NCBI GenBank assembly: GCA_028286725.1 | Contig: JAQBQZ010000009.1 | Coordinates: 1,408 to 65,407, forward strand | Reading direction: 5' to 3' | Origin: Candidatus Tayloriibacteriota bacterium | GTDB lineage: Bacteria; Patescibacteriota; Minisyncoccia; Phycocordibacterales; CAIRYW01 | Length of the DNA stretch: 64,000 nucleotides | Shown: one piece after another, positions 47,584-57,726 of the stretch | Layout: each line of letters begins with the position of its first letter | Position numbering within the stretch: position 1 is the first letter of the stretch | The notes under the pieces: model-generated | What the model was told of the DNA's origin: nothing | Database searches by the model: none | Seen by the model: the letters and a program-made list of their open reading frames with translations, nothing else | Program-made: the position numbers and the translations under genes

Positions 47584-47937
47584 TTATTGTTGTAGTTTTG
47601 GTAAATAATTAGGTATTCCAAAATTCTGTCCAAAGAATGACTGAGTAAGAATGTTTACAAATCCCCAGATTGAGACCATCACAAAAAGAATAATAATTCC
47701 GTAGACCATGATCTTTCTTCCTGCCGACCTCTTCTCCGCATCATCTCCTGCACCGAGAAATCGAAGCACACCCGTCATAAATGTAATGACGGCAATGAGG
47801 ATGAGGGTTGGAATAAGCCCCATAAGATTCCCTACAGAAAAGTTTGTGAATATCTGATTAGCAGTATCAGGTGTTGTATTATCTGCCAACACAAGTGCCG
47901 GGGCGAAAGTGATGATAAATAAAAGAGCTTTTTTCAT
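47584..47937 (-). CDS. two-TM pilin-like protein, array member 4
   Basis: 117 aa with a signal peptide and core FLGAGDDAEKRSAGRKIMVYGIIILFVMVSIWGFVNILTQSFFG. Confidence 0.6.
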   Translation of the reverse strand: MKKALLFIITFAPALVLADNTTPDTANQIFTNFSVGNLMGLIPTLILIAVITFMTGVLRFLGAGDDAEKRSAGRKIMVYGIIILFVMVSIWGFVNILTQSFFGQNFGIPNYLPKLQQ

Positions 47938-47938
47938 A

Positions 47939-48505
47939 TTATTGTTTGAAGACAGTTGCTGATTTTTTTGGAAGGCTTTGAATCTCAGAATCAGTTCCGA
48001 AGAAAGATTTAGAAAGAATGTTTACAAATCCCCAGATTGAGACCATCACGAAAAGAGAAATGATACCGAAGAGCATCATATTTCGCCCTCCCTGTCTCGC
48101 CTCTTCATTATCTCCAGAGCTTACAAACTTGATCACTCCCGCCAAGAATAGTATGAGACCGAGACCGATCAAAAATGGTACTACGGCACTGTCGAGAAGG
48201 CAAAGCGCGTATGTGAACAATGATCCGATGTCGGTTGGAATATGACAGCTTCCAGATGCCGCAGCTCTTGCAGTAGCGTCAGTGACAGTAACCTGATTAG
48301 CTGAAGTCTGGCTAATTCCTGGTTGTACTTGAATACTAGTATTTATTGCAGAATTAACTTGTGAAGGACCTGAACCTCCTAGATTAGAACCTGGTATTGG
48401 GTTATTAGAGAAGCTTCCATCAAATGGACTTGCATAAGCGACTGTTAAAGATAGACCGAGTACAAAAACAGATAATGCTATTAAATATATTTTTTTCATA
48501 ATCAT
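47939..48505 (-). CDS. two-TM pilin-like protein, array member 5
   Basis: 188 aa with a signal peptide and core FVSSGDNEEARQGGRNMMLFGIISLFVMVSIWGFVNILSKSFFG. Confidence 0.6.
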   Translation of the reverse strand: MIMKKIYLIALSVFVLGLSLTVAYASPFDGSFSNNPIPGSNLGGSGPSQVNSAINTSIQVQPGISQTSANQVTVTDATARAAASGSCHIPTDIGSLFTYALCLLDSAVVPFLIGLGLILFLAGVIKFVSSGDNEEARQGGRNMMLFGIISLFVMVSIWGFVNILSKSFFGTDSEIQSLPKKSATVFKQ

Positions 48506-48530
48506 TTATTAATATTAAATATTTATACAA

Positions 48531-48908
48531 TTAATTAACCCCCGTACTCAAATCCTTGACCGTACTTGTCACTGCGAGCATTATCGTTCGCGCACCAAGA
48601 AGTATTGCAGTGCCAACAAGCGCCCAAGTAATAGTCTTATATGCCTTGCTGATCGCCTCTGGGTCACCTTGCGCAGTAACATACATAAATCCGCCGTACA
48701 TAATAGCAAGTACAGAAATAATTGTTCCAAGTTCAATACATACACCTACAATAGAATTAAAAAAATCGGTAAGACTCTTGTTTTGTCCAAGCGGATTAGG
48801 AATGTGACCAGCATCGCTTGCTCCATATACATATGATGTTGCTGATACGAATACAATAAACAAAAATACGCTAAGGTTAATAATTATTTTTTTAAGATTA
48901 ATTTTCAT
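48531..48908 (-). CDS. two-TM pilin-like protein, array member 6 (divergent)
   Basis: 125 aa, signal plus two hydrophobic segments (YVTAQGDPEAISKAYKTITWALVGTAILLGARTIMLAV). Confidence 0.5.
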   Translation of the reverse strand: MKINLKKIIINLSVFLFIVFVSATSYVYGASDAGHIPNPLGQNKSLTDFFNSIVGVCIELGTIISVLAIMYGGFMYVTAQGDPEAISKAYKTITWALVGTAILLGARTIMLAVTSTVKDLSTGVN

Positions 48909-48935
48909 AGTTTAATTATACGATAATTACACTGA

Positions 48936-49439
48936 TTATGCATTAGGTAAACTGCTGCCATCACTAGGAAGAACAGGTGGCGTTCTATCACTTGTATTAT
49001 TTTCCAAAATAGTAAACTCAGGCGAAATCTCAAGCACATTAAGTACAGTTGCAACAATAAGCCATGCAAGCATTATAATGATCACCCCCATTATAGTAGT
49101 ACTAAAAATTTTGTGAGCTTGCTCAACCTTACCCATTTCTCCAAATGCAGTGAGGTACAAAAATCCCGCGTACACAAACATCATTACCGCAATGGTTGCT
49201 GAGATAAAGATAATATATTTTAAAATTCTATTTAAAAGTACAATAAGATCACCCCATCCACATTCCCGGTTGATTGTACCTGAGCCTGTAGTCTGCCCAC
49301 AATCAGTCGATACCAATTGAAAATTAGGATCTGTTGCTGGGTCCCCTGTTGCAGCATTTGCTAACAAAGGAACAGAAAAAGAAAGAAACATTATCCCCAA
49401 AGAAAGAAAACCTATTTTTAATGCATTTTTAATTTTCAT
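48936..49439 (-). CDS. two-TM pilin-like protein, array member 7 (divergent, Cys-containing loop)
   Basis: 167 aa with a signal peptide and two hydrophobic segments (FISATIAVMMFVYAGFLYLTAFGEMGKVEQAHKIFSTTIMGVIIIMLAWLIVATV). Confidence 0.5.
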   Translation of the reverse strand: MKIKNALKIGFLSLGIMFLSFSVPLLANAATGDPATDPNFQLVSTDCGQTTGSGTINRECGWGDLIVLLNRILKYIIFISATIAVMMFVYAGFLYLTAFGEMGKVEQAHKIFSTTIMGVIIIMLAWLIVATVLNVLEISPEFTILENNTSDRTPPVLPSDGSSLPNA

Positions 49440-50788
49440 TATTTTAAGAGTTCATCTACTTGCTGGCTAATAAGCTTCGCTGAATCTGCAGGTTTTGATT
49501 TGCCTGTGACAATATCATCAACACCTTGAGCAAATGCTATGCTGGTTTGAATCGGATCTGGGTCAAGCCATGTTTTTGTCCAAAGCGCACTCTCCCAAAA
49601 TACATCTCCAAAAGAGGTGCCGGGTGAAGCACTCAAAAGATCTCTTCGTGCTGGCGGAAGTCCTGTGGCACTTGAAATCAAACTCGCGATCGGTGCGCTC
49701 GTGAGTACTGAAATATTATTGAAAGCGGCCTGCTGATTCTTTGATGTTGCAAGAATAGAGAAGCTGTACATTGTTCCCGAAGTAACTTTGACTGCTGAAT
49801 CTTTTGGTTGAGGCAATGGTGCAATATCAAAATTGAGGTTTGGATTTTTGGCTCGAATATCTCCCGCATCGCTTGCATGTCCAAAATAAAACGCCAAGTC
49901 GCCATTTATAAATGATTTTTCTGAATCAGGAAGGGACCGGTTCCAAGAATAAACAGACTTCAAAGGATCAGAGAATTGTGTAAAGAACGTAAGTGAAGCA
50001 CTAAATGGTGACAAACTGTCTATGGCAGAATCAGCGTTAAGCAAATTAACAGCTCTATCATTTGAATCTCGACCCACAAATACTCCCCCCGCCTGCATTG
50101 TGAGAGCAAGAAGAATATCTTTTGAATACGCAACATTACTATAATCTCCCATCGCAACAGTGCTTTTAAGAATGCTTCTGTCGTCTCTTCTCTCAGTCAA
50201 TAAATTGGTCAATGACAATACTTCTTCCCAAGTTTGAGGAGGTCTCGCAACATTTTTAGAAGTAAGAATGTTTCTGTTCCAATACATCACTAGTGGATCA
50301 ACAAGAAGCGGTACCCCGTAAGTACCCTTTGAAGTCATGAGAGGCTCTGCCCCTTCGACAAAAGTATCTTGAAATGTTCGCGCTGATAGAGCGTCAGTAC
50401 TGATAACGGTAAATTTTCTTTGGTTTTTGAGAAGGAGTGTGTTTGGCAAAAGTACTGCGTCTGGACCGTAGCCATCAGCAAGGGATTCAATAAGAGTCTG
50501 TTCAAAATTATTTGCAGGAATTTCTTTATATGCAATATTTATACTTGCCATCTTTTGACCGCTTACTACATCAAGCACATTAGCAATAGCACCCTCAGGT
50601 ACTGTGCCCCAAATCACTACTTGAGTAGCATCTGCATTAGTGTTTGAGCTAGTGCTGAATTTTGCAAAGACAATAACACCCGTAACAAGAAAAAGAATAA
50701 AAATTCCAAGAATAATTATTTGAGTAGCGTTCGTTTTCACATTTATAATTATATAGAGAGAAAGATACAAAGACAAGGGAAAATTCAA
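49439..50788 (-). CDS. membrane-anchored extracellular solute-binding protein (SBP family 1-like), orphan
   Basis: 449 aa with an N-terminal TM anchor and a periplasmic-binding-protein-like two-lobe sequence (QVVIWGTVPEG...). No adjacent permease or ATPase genes. It overlaps the start of array member 7 by 1 nt. Confidence 0.5.
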   Translation of the reverse strand: MNFPLSLYLSLYIIINVKTNATQIIILGIFILFLVTGVIVFAKFSTSSNTNADATQVVIWGTVPEGAIANVLDVVSGQKMASINIAYKEIPANNFEQTLIESLADGYGPDAVLLPNTLLLKNQRKFTVISTDALSARTFQDTFVEGAEPLMTSKGTYGVPLLVDPLVMYWNRNILTSKNVARPPQTWEEVLSLTNLLTERRDDRSILKSTVAMGDYSNVAYSKDILLALTMQAGGVFVGRDSNDRAVNLLNADSAIDSLSPFSASLTFFTQFSDPLKSVYSWNRSLPDSEKSFINGDLAFYFGHASDAGDIRAKNPNLNFDIAPLPQPKDSAVKVTSGTMYSFSILATSKNQQAAFNNISVLTSAPIASLISSATGLPPARRDLLSASPGTSFGDVFWESALWTKTWLDPDPIQTSIAFAQGVDDIVTGKSKPADSAKLISQQVDELLK

Positions 50789-50820
50789 AATGCACGGAAG
50801 CGAAGCTTCCGTGCATTTTG
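50787..50820. terminator. bidirectional intrinsic terminator
   Basis: AAAATGCACGGAAGCgaaGCTTCCGTGCATTTT. Confidence 0.75.
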
Positions 50821-50831
50821 AATTAAATAGA

Positions 50832-51356
50832 TTATTTACGAAACACTAATCCATAATGATGCTCCCCCGCATCAATCTCATGATCAAGTACAAGCCCTGC
50901 ATCAGTAAATATTTTCAAAGCGTCTTCTTTTTTAACAAGATGATCCTTGTGTGGCCCCATTCCAGCAAATGAATCCGCCCACTCAATGACGAGCACTCGT
51001 CCTTTTACACGAAGGATTCGCAAAGCTTCTTTTGCAACAGCGTGTTTGTCATCATTTTGAAAAAGAGTGTTCGCAATCAGTACCACATCAACAGAATCTT
51101 TGGTCAAAGTTGAACCTTTTTCTTTCTCAATATCACTCGTTATTATTTCAATATTTTGAATATTCTCCGTTTCTGCTTCTTTTGCGATTTTTTGAAGCAT
51201 ATCACTTTGTACATCAATACAATACACTCGTCCTGTCTCACCCACTTTTCGCGCCAAAAGAAATGCATAATATCCATTACCTGATCCGAAGTCTGCTATC
51301 TGCATACCAACTGATATTCCAAACTGTATTAAATTTTTTTCTGGGTTTGAGAACAT
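50832..51356 (-). CDS. class I SAM-dependent methyltransferase
   Basis: Motif I IADFGSGNGYYAF and the Rossmann-fold methyltransferase layout. 174 aa. Confidence 0.75.
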   Translation of the reverse strand: MFSNPEKNLIQFGISVGMQIADFGSGNGYYAFLLARKVGETGRVYCIDVQSDMLQKIAKEAETENIQNIEIITSDIEKEKGSTLTKDSVDVVLIANTLFQNDDKHAVAKEALRILRVKGRVLVIEWADSFAGMGPHKDHLVKKEDALKIFTDAGLVLDHEIDAGEHHYGLVFRK

Positions 51357-51404
51357 ATTTTAAAAAGTATTATATATTAAGTATAAGGTATAAAGAATTA
51401 ATTT

Positions 51405-51450
51405 GAAAGAACCGCATAACAAACTTTGTTTGTTATGCGGTTCTTTATTC
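51405..51450. terminator. bidirectional terminator downstream of gyrA
   Basis: AAAGAACCGCATAACAAACtttgTTTGTTATGCGGTTCTTT, a perfect 19-bp stem. Confidence 0.75.
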
Positions 51451-51476
51451 TTAATTCCAAATACTTAATTCTATTT

Positions 51477-53957
51477 CTAGAGTGCAATCACTGATGCAAG
51501 TGAATCCCCTTCTCGAAGCTTCATGATTCGTACTCCTTGAGTGTCTCGTCCGAGTGTCGGGATCTCTTTGAGTTCACAACGGATTACCTGGCTTTTCTTT
51601 GAGATTGCCACAAGTTCTTCTGTCTCTGATGTTACCACTCGTGCTGAAATAAGATTACCCGTCTTTGTAGTAACTTTGATTGCTTTTACTCCTGATCCTC
51701 CTCGTCCTTGAGTTTTGAATTCTTTGATCTGTGTTTTCTTTCCATATCCGTTTGAAGAAATAACAAGAATCTCTGCATCTTTAACACCTTTCTTGATCGT
51801 ATCTGCGCCAACAACTACTTCACCTTTATCAATCTTCATTGCTCGCACTCCTCCTGCAGATCGTCCCATTTCTCGAACTTCACTTTCTTCAAATCGGATT
51901 GACTGACCGTCAGATGAAACACAGACGACTTCGTCTCCTTTTTCTACAAAGAGTGCGGATGTGAGCTCGTCACCCTTGTCTAAGGTGATTGCAATGATTC
52001 CACTTCGTCTTACATCTTTGAAATTCTCAGCAGAAACTTTCTTTCCTGTTCCCTGTTTTGTAATAAGGAAGAGAGACAGCCCATCACCTTTTCTTACGTC
52101 TTTTGGCATTGGAAGAATAGATGTCACCTTCTCGTCATTTTGTAGCGAGAGGAAGTTCATGATTGATTTACCTTTTGTTGCACGCTTTCCTTCTGGAATA
52201 TCATACATCTTGATCTGGTATGCCTTACCCTTGTCAGTAAAGAACAAAAGGTCGCTGTGTGTATTTGTTGTGATGAGATGAGAAATGAAGTCCTCTTCTT
52301 TTGTATCAAGATCTACGACTCCAACTCCCCCTCGTTTTTGTTTTCGGTATTCTTCAGGATCTGTTCGTTTGATATATCCTCCTCCCGTGTACACAAGAAC
52401 GCTCTCTTCATCTGGGATTAGATCTTCAACTGAAAATGTCTTTGCATTGTGAGCGACCACTTTTGTTTTTCGCGGATCTGCAAACTTATCTTTAATATTA
52501 CCAAGCTCATCTTTGATGATTTTTGGAATTCGTTTTGGGTTTTCGAGAATGTCTTTCAAATCTTTGATTAAGTCACGAATAGCATCAAGCTCTTCTTGGA
52601 TCTTCAATCTCTCAAGACTTGCGAGTTTCTGAAGTCGAAGTTCAAGGATCGCCACAGCCTGTCGTTCAGAGAACTTGAACTGATCCATAAGACCCTTTCT
52701 CGCATCATCAACAGTTTTTGACGCACGGATAAGTTTAATGATGGCATCAATTGCATCGAGCGCTTTTTTGAGACCTTCAAGAATGTGTTCACGATCAAGA
52801 GCCTTGTTCAAATCGAATTGTGTTCGACGTGTGATAACAATCTTTCGATGTTTTACGAATTCTTCAAGAATTGTTTTAAGTGACAAAGTTTGAGGTACTC
52901 CATCAAGAAGTGCCACCATGTTCATGTGGAATGTTTCTTCGAGTCGTGTGTGTTTGTAGAGGAAGTTTAAGACTTGTTCTGGATAGCTTCCTTTTTTAAG
53001 TTCGATAACGATTCGAACATCCTGAGTAGATTCGTCTCTAAGATCTTTGATGCCTTCAAGTTTTTTCTCACGAACCAAATCAGCAATAGCCATGATGAAT
53101 TCAGATTTGTTCACTCGATATGGAATACTTGTGATGATGATTATCGGATATCCCGCTTTGTCTTCTATGATCTCAGCTTCTCCACGACACAGGATTCCAC
53201 CTCGTCCTTGAGTATATGCGTGAAGCATTTCTTTCTTTCCAAAAATTATTCCACTAGTTGGAAAGTCAGGACCTTTTACGAATTGCAAAAGATCTTCAGT
53301 CGTCGCGTCTTTGTTGTCAATCAAATAATTTATTGCATCAACAATTTCACCGAGATTGTGCGGAGGAATGTTTGTTGCCATACCAACCGCAATACCGAGT
53401 GTTCCATTGAGGATTAGGTTTGGCACCGCAGCAGGTAAAACCACAGGCTCTCGACGAGTGTTTTCGTAGTTTGGTCGGAAATCCACTGAATCCTTTTCAA
53501 TATCACGAAGCATTTCAACCGTGATCTTTGACATCTTTGCCTCTGTGTATCTGTCCGCAGCTGGCGGATCTCCATCAACAGATCCCCAGTTTCCTTGTCC
53601 GATCGCGAGAGGATATCTCATTGTAAAATCCTGCACAAGAGTTACAAGTGCGCCATAAGCAGATGCAGTACCGTGTGGGTGATAATTACCCGTCACGTCT
53701 CCAATGATCTTTGCACTCTTTCGAGTTTTGCCTCCAGGATTAAGACCAAGCTCATGCATTGTATAAAGAATTCGTCTCTGTACCGGCTTCATACCATCAC
53801 GAACATCAGGGAGCGCACGATCTGTAATCACAGACATCGCGTAGTCCAAGTAACTTTCTCGCATTTCAGTAACGAGGGATCGTGGAACAATAGAGAGCGC
53901 TATCGCTTCTGCTTTCTCAGCGTCCGTTCGTTCCTGTTTTGGTTTTTCTTTGGCCAT
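51477..53957 (-). CDS. gyrA: DNA gyrase subunit A
   Basis: [12 protein letters not shown], the active-site Tyr region, the QRDR-like region and C-terminal beta-pinwheel repeats. 826 aa. Confidence 0.93.
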   Translation of the reverse strand: MAKEKPKQERTDAEKAEAIALSIVPRSLVTEMRESYLDYAMSVITDRALPDVRDGMKPVQRRILYTMHELGLNPGGKTRKSAKIIGDVTGNYHPHGTASAYGALVTLVQDFTMRYPLAIGQGNWGSVDGDPPAADRYTEAKMSKITVEMLRDIEKDSVDFRPNYENTRREPVVLPAAVPNLILNGTLGIAVGMATNIPPHNLGEIVDAINYLIDNKDATTEDLLQFVKGPDFPTSGIIFGKKEMLHAYTQGRGGILCRGEAEIIEDKAGYPIIIITSIPYRVNKSEFIMAIADLVREKKLEGIKDLRDESTQDVRIVIELKKGSYPEQVLNFLYKHTRLEETFHMNMVALLDGVPQTLSLKTILEEFVKHRKIVITRRTQFDLNKALDREHILEGLKKALDAIDAIIKLIRASKTVDDARKGLMDQFKFSERQAVAILELRLQKLASLERLKIQEELDAIRDLIKDLKDILENPKRIPKIIKDELGNIKDKFADPRKTKVVAHNAKTFSVEDLIPDEESVLVYTGGGYIKRTDPEEYRKQKRGGVGVVDLDTKEEDFISHLITTNTHSDLLFFTDKGKAYQIKMYDIPEGKRATKGKSIMNFLSLQNDEKVTSILPMPKDVRKGDGLSLFLITKQGTGKKVSAENFKDVRRSGIIAITLDKGDELTSALFVEKGDEVVCVSSDGQSIRFEESEVREMGRSAGGVRAMKIDKGEVVVGADTIKKGVKDAEILVISSNGYGKKTQIKEFKTQGRGGSGVKAIKVTTKTGNLISARVVTSETEELVAISKKSQVIRCELKEIPTLGRDTQGVRIMKLREGDSLASVIAL

Positions 53958-53972
53958 AAATTTTTGTTGTTG

Positions 53973-54278
53973 TTAATTTACCACACTGCCCGTCGTTGTC
54001 GTAGATGTTTGTGTCTCCATATCTGTGTTCCCATTATTAATATTTGAAATATCCTTTGGAATTATTTTTGTCACCGTATTATATACTTTTTCTATACTTT
54101 GTTCAAAAGCGCTGTAAGCACTTGCTCCTTTTGTCGCAGCACCATCTATAGTGGTTACAAAAATTCCAAAAAAATTAAATATCCAGAATACAAAAACAAA
54201 AAAAGTGAGCATCGAGGCAAGCGTTAATACCACTTTTCTTTTTGACTCGGGCGATAAGCTTCGAAGTCTTCGTAACAT
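53973..54278 (-). CDS. hypothetical small membrane protein
   Basis: 101 aa with one TM (LTLASMLTFFVFVFWIFNFFGIFV), immediately downstream of gyrA. Confidence 0.45.
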   Translation of the reverse strand: MLRRLRSLSPESKRKVVLTLASMLTFFVFVFWIFNFFGIFVTTIDGAATKGASAYSAFEQSIEKVYNTVTKIIPKDISNINNGNTDMETQTSTTTTGSVVN

Positions 54279-54284
54279 AATTGG

Positions 54285-54896
54285 TTATGAATTTAGAATT
54301 ACAATCTCACCCTCTTTTCCATCCAAATCCTTTCTTTTGAGAGTAAGCTTATCGAGCTTTTCTGGCACTCCTGAACCTTCTTTTACAAAGAGCTTGATGT
54401 CTGCCTCATCACCTAAGGGAATTATGAGTTTTGACTCGAGCTTTACTGCAAGCTTGTATGCTTTTGCAGGCGGGAGCATATCACCACCAACAGGCACAAA
54501 GAGAATATCAATATCTGTGAGTGATTCTGTCGCCTCATCACTTATTTCTCCATTTGAAAGTGCCCCAAGAAAACAAAGATTCATTCCGTCAAAAAAGATA
54601 GAGTATATAGTATTAATCTTTCTCTCCTTTCCATCTACTCCTTCACTCTCAAATCCTTTTATAAATACATTCTTCACTTCATATTCTCCAGGACCAACAG
54701 CAACGAAAGGTTTTTTCTCTCCAAAAGAGATCTCATCAACACCATTGAAGTCTGCTGAGTTCATAGAAATGAGTCCGATGTCTGCTCCAAATTTTGAAGT
54801 CTTGAGTTTTGACGCTTTTGAAATAGGGTTCACCGCAACAATCGTATCGCCTGATTGAGCCTTGATAAATTGTCCGCCGTGGTAAGTAAGGATCAT
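54285..54896 (-). CDS. MBL-fold metallo-hydrolase (UPF0173-like)
   Basis: MILTYHGGQFIKAQSGDTIVAVNP N-terminus typical of UPF0173 metal-dependent hydrolases. 203 aa. Confidence 0.6.
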   Translation of the reverse strand: MILTYHGGQFIKAQSGDTIVAVNPISKASKLKTSKFGADIGLISMNSADFNGVDEISFGEKKPFVAVGPGEYEVKNVFIKGFESEGVDGKERKINTIYSIFFDGMNLCFLGALSNGEISDEATESLTDIDILFVPVGGDMLPPAKAYKLAVKLESKLIIPLGDEADIKLFVKEGSGVPEKLDKLTLKRKDLDGKEGEIVILNS

Positions 54897-55058
54897 GAAT
54901 GTAGAATTAAGTATTATGTATTAAGAATGATGAATAAATGCAAATACAAGAAGTGCAAAATTCGATGTGGTCATTGTAGCATATTTAAAAAAGGAGGAAA
55001 ATAAAAACCGCACAAGCTTGGGAGCTGTGAGGTTCTGCAGATAATCTTCAGAGCAATT

Positions 55059-55241
55059 TTACTCTTCAGTGTACAAAATCAAGCAGCTGAAGACGCATTT
55101 GACCACAACACTCTCTTTGGTTGCTCCAGCGTACTTGACCTCCAAGTAACTGAAGCTCTTACCCTTTAGCCAGGAATTAATCCTCTCTTCAAAATCACCT
55201 TCGTCATCAGATGTAAAGATCTTAGCTTTTATATTCTTCAT
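55059..55241 (-). CDS. hypothetical small protein (60 aa)
   Basis: ORF with no recognisable motif. Retained only because it has a clean intergenic position. Confidence 0.3.
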   Translation of the reverse strand: MKNIKAKIFTSDDEGDFEERINSWLKGKSFSYLEVKYAGATKESVVVKCVFSCLILYTEE

Positions 55242-55292
55242 ATTATTAAAATGATGGTTTCGTTTTCCCTTTCATTCAAGCACCGTTTGTTC

Positions 55293-55340
55293 GTTAGGGT
55301 AGAAAAAAACTGCAAAAGGTTCTTTCTACCCTAACGAAAC
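55293..55340. promoter_or_regulatory. large perfect hairpin (14-bp stem, 17-nt loop) in the rpsA upstream region
   Basis: CGTTAGGGTAGAAAaaaactgcaaaaggttcTTTCTACCCTAACG. Possible operator or leader structure. Confidence 0.4.
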
Positions 55341-55506
55341 TATTACTAGTTATTATAATAATATAAAAATATAAAAAGTCAATACTTCACAAAGCTCAAA
55401 AATCAAGTACTATAAGGCGATTATTAGTTAATTGTAGAGGTAATCTCGCTATTGTTAAATTGCTACGAGCGACGCAAGCGAAACCCTACTTACACATTAA
55501 AATTAT

Positions 55507-56622
55507 ATGGCAAAGGTATCAAAAGAAGAGACAGCCCTGATCCTCGAAGCGAAAAAGGAAAATCCTGTTCACTTGAAGATCATCGCTGACTCTATGACTC
55601 CACCAGGAATCGGAGATCTAGTGGAAGGTCCAGTTATTACTATCGGTAAAGGTGTTGTATACATTGACCTCTTCCCTTACGGAACAGGTATCATCTACGG
55701 ACGAGAATTCATCGCAGTGCGAGACGTTCTCCGAAAGATCAATGTTGGCGACACAGTCGCTGCGAAAGTTGTTGACCTCTCAAATGATGAGGGCTATGTT
55801 GAACTTTCTCTCAAGGAAGCAAAACAAGCAGCTATCTGGTCTGATGCTGAAAAGGCAATGAAGGAAAAGAAGATCTTTGAAGTAACTGTACTTGAAGCAA
55901 ACAAAGGTGGACTTCTCATCAATTGGCAAGGTGTTCAAGGATTCCTTCCAGCATCCCAGCTTAAGAGCGAGCACTACCCACGAGTATCTGATGGAGACAA
56001 AGATCGAATCCTCGAAGAGCTTAAGAAGCTCGTTGGAGGCAAGCTTTCTGTTGCGATCATCGGAGCTACTCCAAAGGATGGCAAGCTCATCTTCTCTGAA
56101 AAAGTTCAAGGATCAGAAAACCGAGAAAAGATCGTTGGCAAATATGTTGTTGGCGATGTTGTAGACGGTGAAGTGACTGGAATCGTAGACTTCGGAGCAT
56201 TCGTGAAGATCGAAGACGGTCTCGAAGGATTGATTCACATCTCAGAAATTGACTGGGGACTAGTAGAAGACCCGCGAGCATTCTTCAAAGTTGGAGACAA
56301 GATCAAGGTAAAAGTGATCGAAGTTAAAGACGGAAAAGTATCTCTCTCAGTAAAAGCACTCAAGGACAATCCTTGGACTGAAGCTGCAAAGAAATACAAG
56401 AAGGATGACACAGTACAGGGTGTTGTAATCAAATTCAATCGACACGGTGCGCTGGCATCTATCGAAGAAGGTGTTGCAGGACTCGTACACATCTCAGAAT
56501 TCGGTAGTGAAGAAAAGCTTCGAGAGAAACTCGAGCTTGGAAAGAGCTACTCATTCAAGATTTCACTCTTTGATCCAAAGGAACAGAAAATGGCTTTGGT
56601 ATTCGGAGCGAAGAAAGAATAA
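55507..56622 (+). CDS. rpsA: 30S ribosomal protein S1 (four S1 domains)
   Basis: Repeated S1 OB-fold modules (GDxVxGxVxxIxxxGAFVxI-like). 371 aa. Confidence 0.85.
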   Translation: MAKVSKEETALILEAKKENPVHLKIIADSMTPPGIGDLVEGPVITIGKGVVYIDLFPYGTGIIYGREFIAVRDVLRKINVGDTVAAKVVDLSNDEGYVELSLKEAKQAAIWSDAEKAMKEKKIFEVTVLEANKGGLLINWQGVQGFLPASQLKSEHYPRVSDGDKDRILEELKKLVGGKLSVAIIGATPKDGKLIFSEKVQGSENREKIVGKYVVGDVVDGEVTGIVDFGAFVKIEDGLEGLIHISEIDWGLVEDPRAFFKVGDKIKVKVIEVKDGKVSLSVKALKDNPWTEAAKKYKKDDTVQGVVIKFNRHGALASIEEGVAGLVHISEFGSEEKLREKLELGKSYSFKISLFDPKEQKMALVFGAKKE

Positions 56623-56627
56623 GAAAA

Positions 56628-56670
56628 ATAAAATCAGCCGCGGCCCAAAGGGCCGTGGCTGATTTTATTT
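56628..56670. terminator. bidirectional terminator after rpsA
   Basis: AAAATCAGCCGCGGCCCaaaGGGCCGTGGCTGATTTT. Confidence 0.75.
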
Positions 56671-57003
56671 TTACTTTAATAATTCCAATCCCCTCTTCTT
56701 CATTTCATCTTGAACAAAGTCCCGAGTCTGTTTCATCGAAGCCAATATAGCTTGTTCCAATTGCTTCGATCCTCGACCTTCTTGAGTATCAGGATACCAG
56801 TTTGGGTCAGCTAACTTTGCCTCCAAATCAGCAATCGAACCGTGCGACCCGCCCTCACGACTACCATTAGTTTCATCTGCTAGCATAAGATCCTCATACT
56901 GTTGTTTTAAGTAATCATCCTCCCATCCCACTATAACTTCTCTCCGTTCCTCAGGTGAAATAACATGAGCGCTAGTTTCTGATTGTGGAAATTCTTCATT
57001 CAT
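56671..57003 (-). CDS. hypothetical acidic protein (110 aa)
   Basis: Asp/Glu-rich ORF lying inside a segment bounded by duplicated rpsA 3' ends. Confidence 0.45.
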   Translation of the reverse strand: MNEEFPQSETSAHVISPEERREVIVGWEDDYLKQQYEDLMLADETNGSREGGSHGSIADLEAKLADPNWYPDTQEGRGSKQLEQAILASMKQTRDFVQDEMKKRGLELLK

Positions 57004-57167
57004 ATAAATTCATTTTAATATTAATCTTTAATATTAAAATTATATAACGATAAATTGATTTGTACAATAGTACATAAATTTGACCATCTTTCTCGTTTGA
57101 ACATTTCTCCACCAGACTCTATCTAAACTTCTTTTGTTTCTTTCGTAGTTCATATCCTTAATTAAAA

Positions 57168-57262
57168 TTAGTCATTCCTTTTTTGTAAACTGTCCTTCAT
57201 AATAACTTCAAGTGCTTCATATACTTTCTTCCCCACTTTTTCTATAATATCAAGAAAAAAAT
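57168..57262 (-). pseudogene. degenerate duplicate of the pth 3' end (peptidyl-tRNA hydrolase C-terminal fragment)
   Basis: The reverse complement translates to LDIIEKVGKKVYEALEVIMKDSLQKRND*, against the intact Pth C-terminus LDIIKKVGKKVCGALEVIVTDSLQKGMTDFN at 57727-57830. Nucleotide similarity is about 75%. Confidence 0.7.
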
Positions 57263-57297
57263 ACACAAGGGGAGGGATAGTTCTGTGTATTTTTGAA

Positions 57298-57334
57298 TAA
57301 AATGGCTTTGGTATTCGGAGCGAAGAAAGAATAA
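57298..57334 (+). repeat. 37-bp perfect direct duplicate of the rpsA 3' end (AAAATGGCTTTGGTATTCGGAGCGAAGAAAGAATAA)
   Basis: Identical to 56586-56622 including the stop codon. It encodes MALVFGAKKE*. Confidence 0.9.
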
Positions 57335-57344
57335 TTCAAAAGTA

Positions 57345-57388
57345 AAAATAAAAAGCACGACACCTACGGTGTCGTGCTTTTTATTTTT
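57345..57388. terminator. intrinsic terminator after the duplicated rpsA end
   Basis: AAAAAGCACGACACCtacgGTGTCGTGCTTTTT. Confidence 0.7.
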
Positions 57389-57408
57389 AAAACAACAATC
57401 TTAATTAT

Positions 57409-57702
57409 TTACCCAGCTAAAGAAGAGTCTAATAGCGACATTTTTACTTCCAAATCTAAGACTATTCTAGATAACTCTTGCACATCTGCTTTAGAAGATT
57501 TGAGTGCCTGTGCAAGCTCATGTATATATTCTATTTCTTTATCACTAATTTCATTTGAATCTAATTGAGAATATTGAGTCACTGTTTCTCTACAATTCAC
57601 AATGAATTGAGATAGTGCGCCCAATTCATTTAGAATTAGACCGTATTGTTGTTTTAATTGCTCCCTTGTAATTGGTTTTTCGATCTCTTCTGGACTGCTC
57701 AT
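57409..57702 (-). CDS. hypothetical protein (97 aa)
   Basis: Helical/acidic ORF between the duplicated rpsA end and pth. No assignable family. Confidence 0.4.
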   Translation of the reverse strand: MSSPEEIEKPITREQLKQQYGLILNELGALSQFIVNCRETVTQYSQLDSNEISDKEIEYIHELAQALKSSKADVQELSRIVLDLEVKMSLLDSSLAG

Positions 57703-57726
57703 TTTTTGTATTTATTTTTAATTTAT

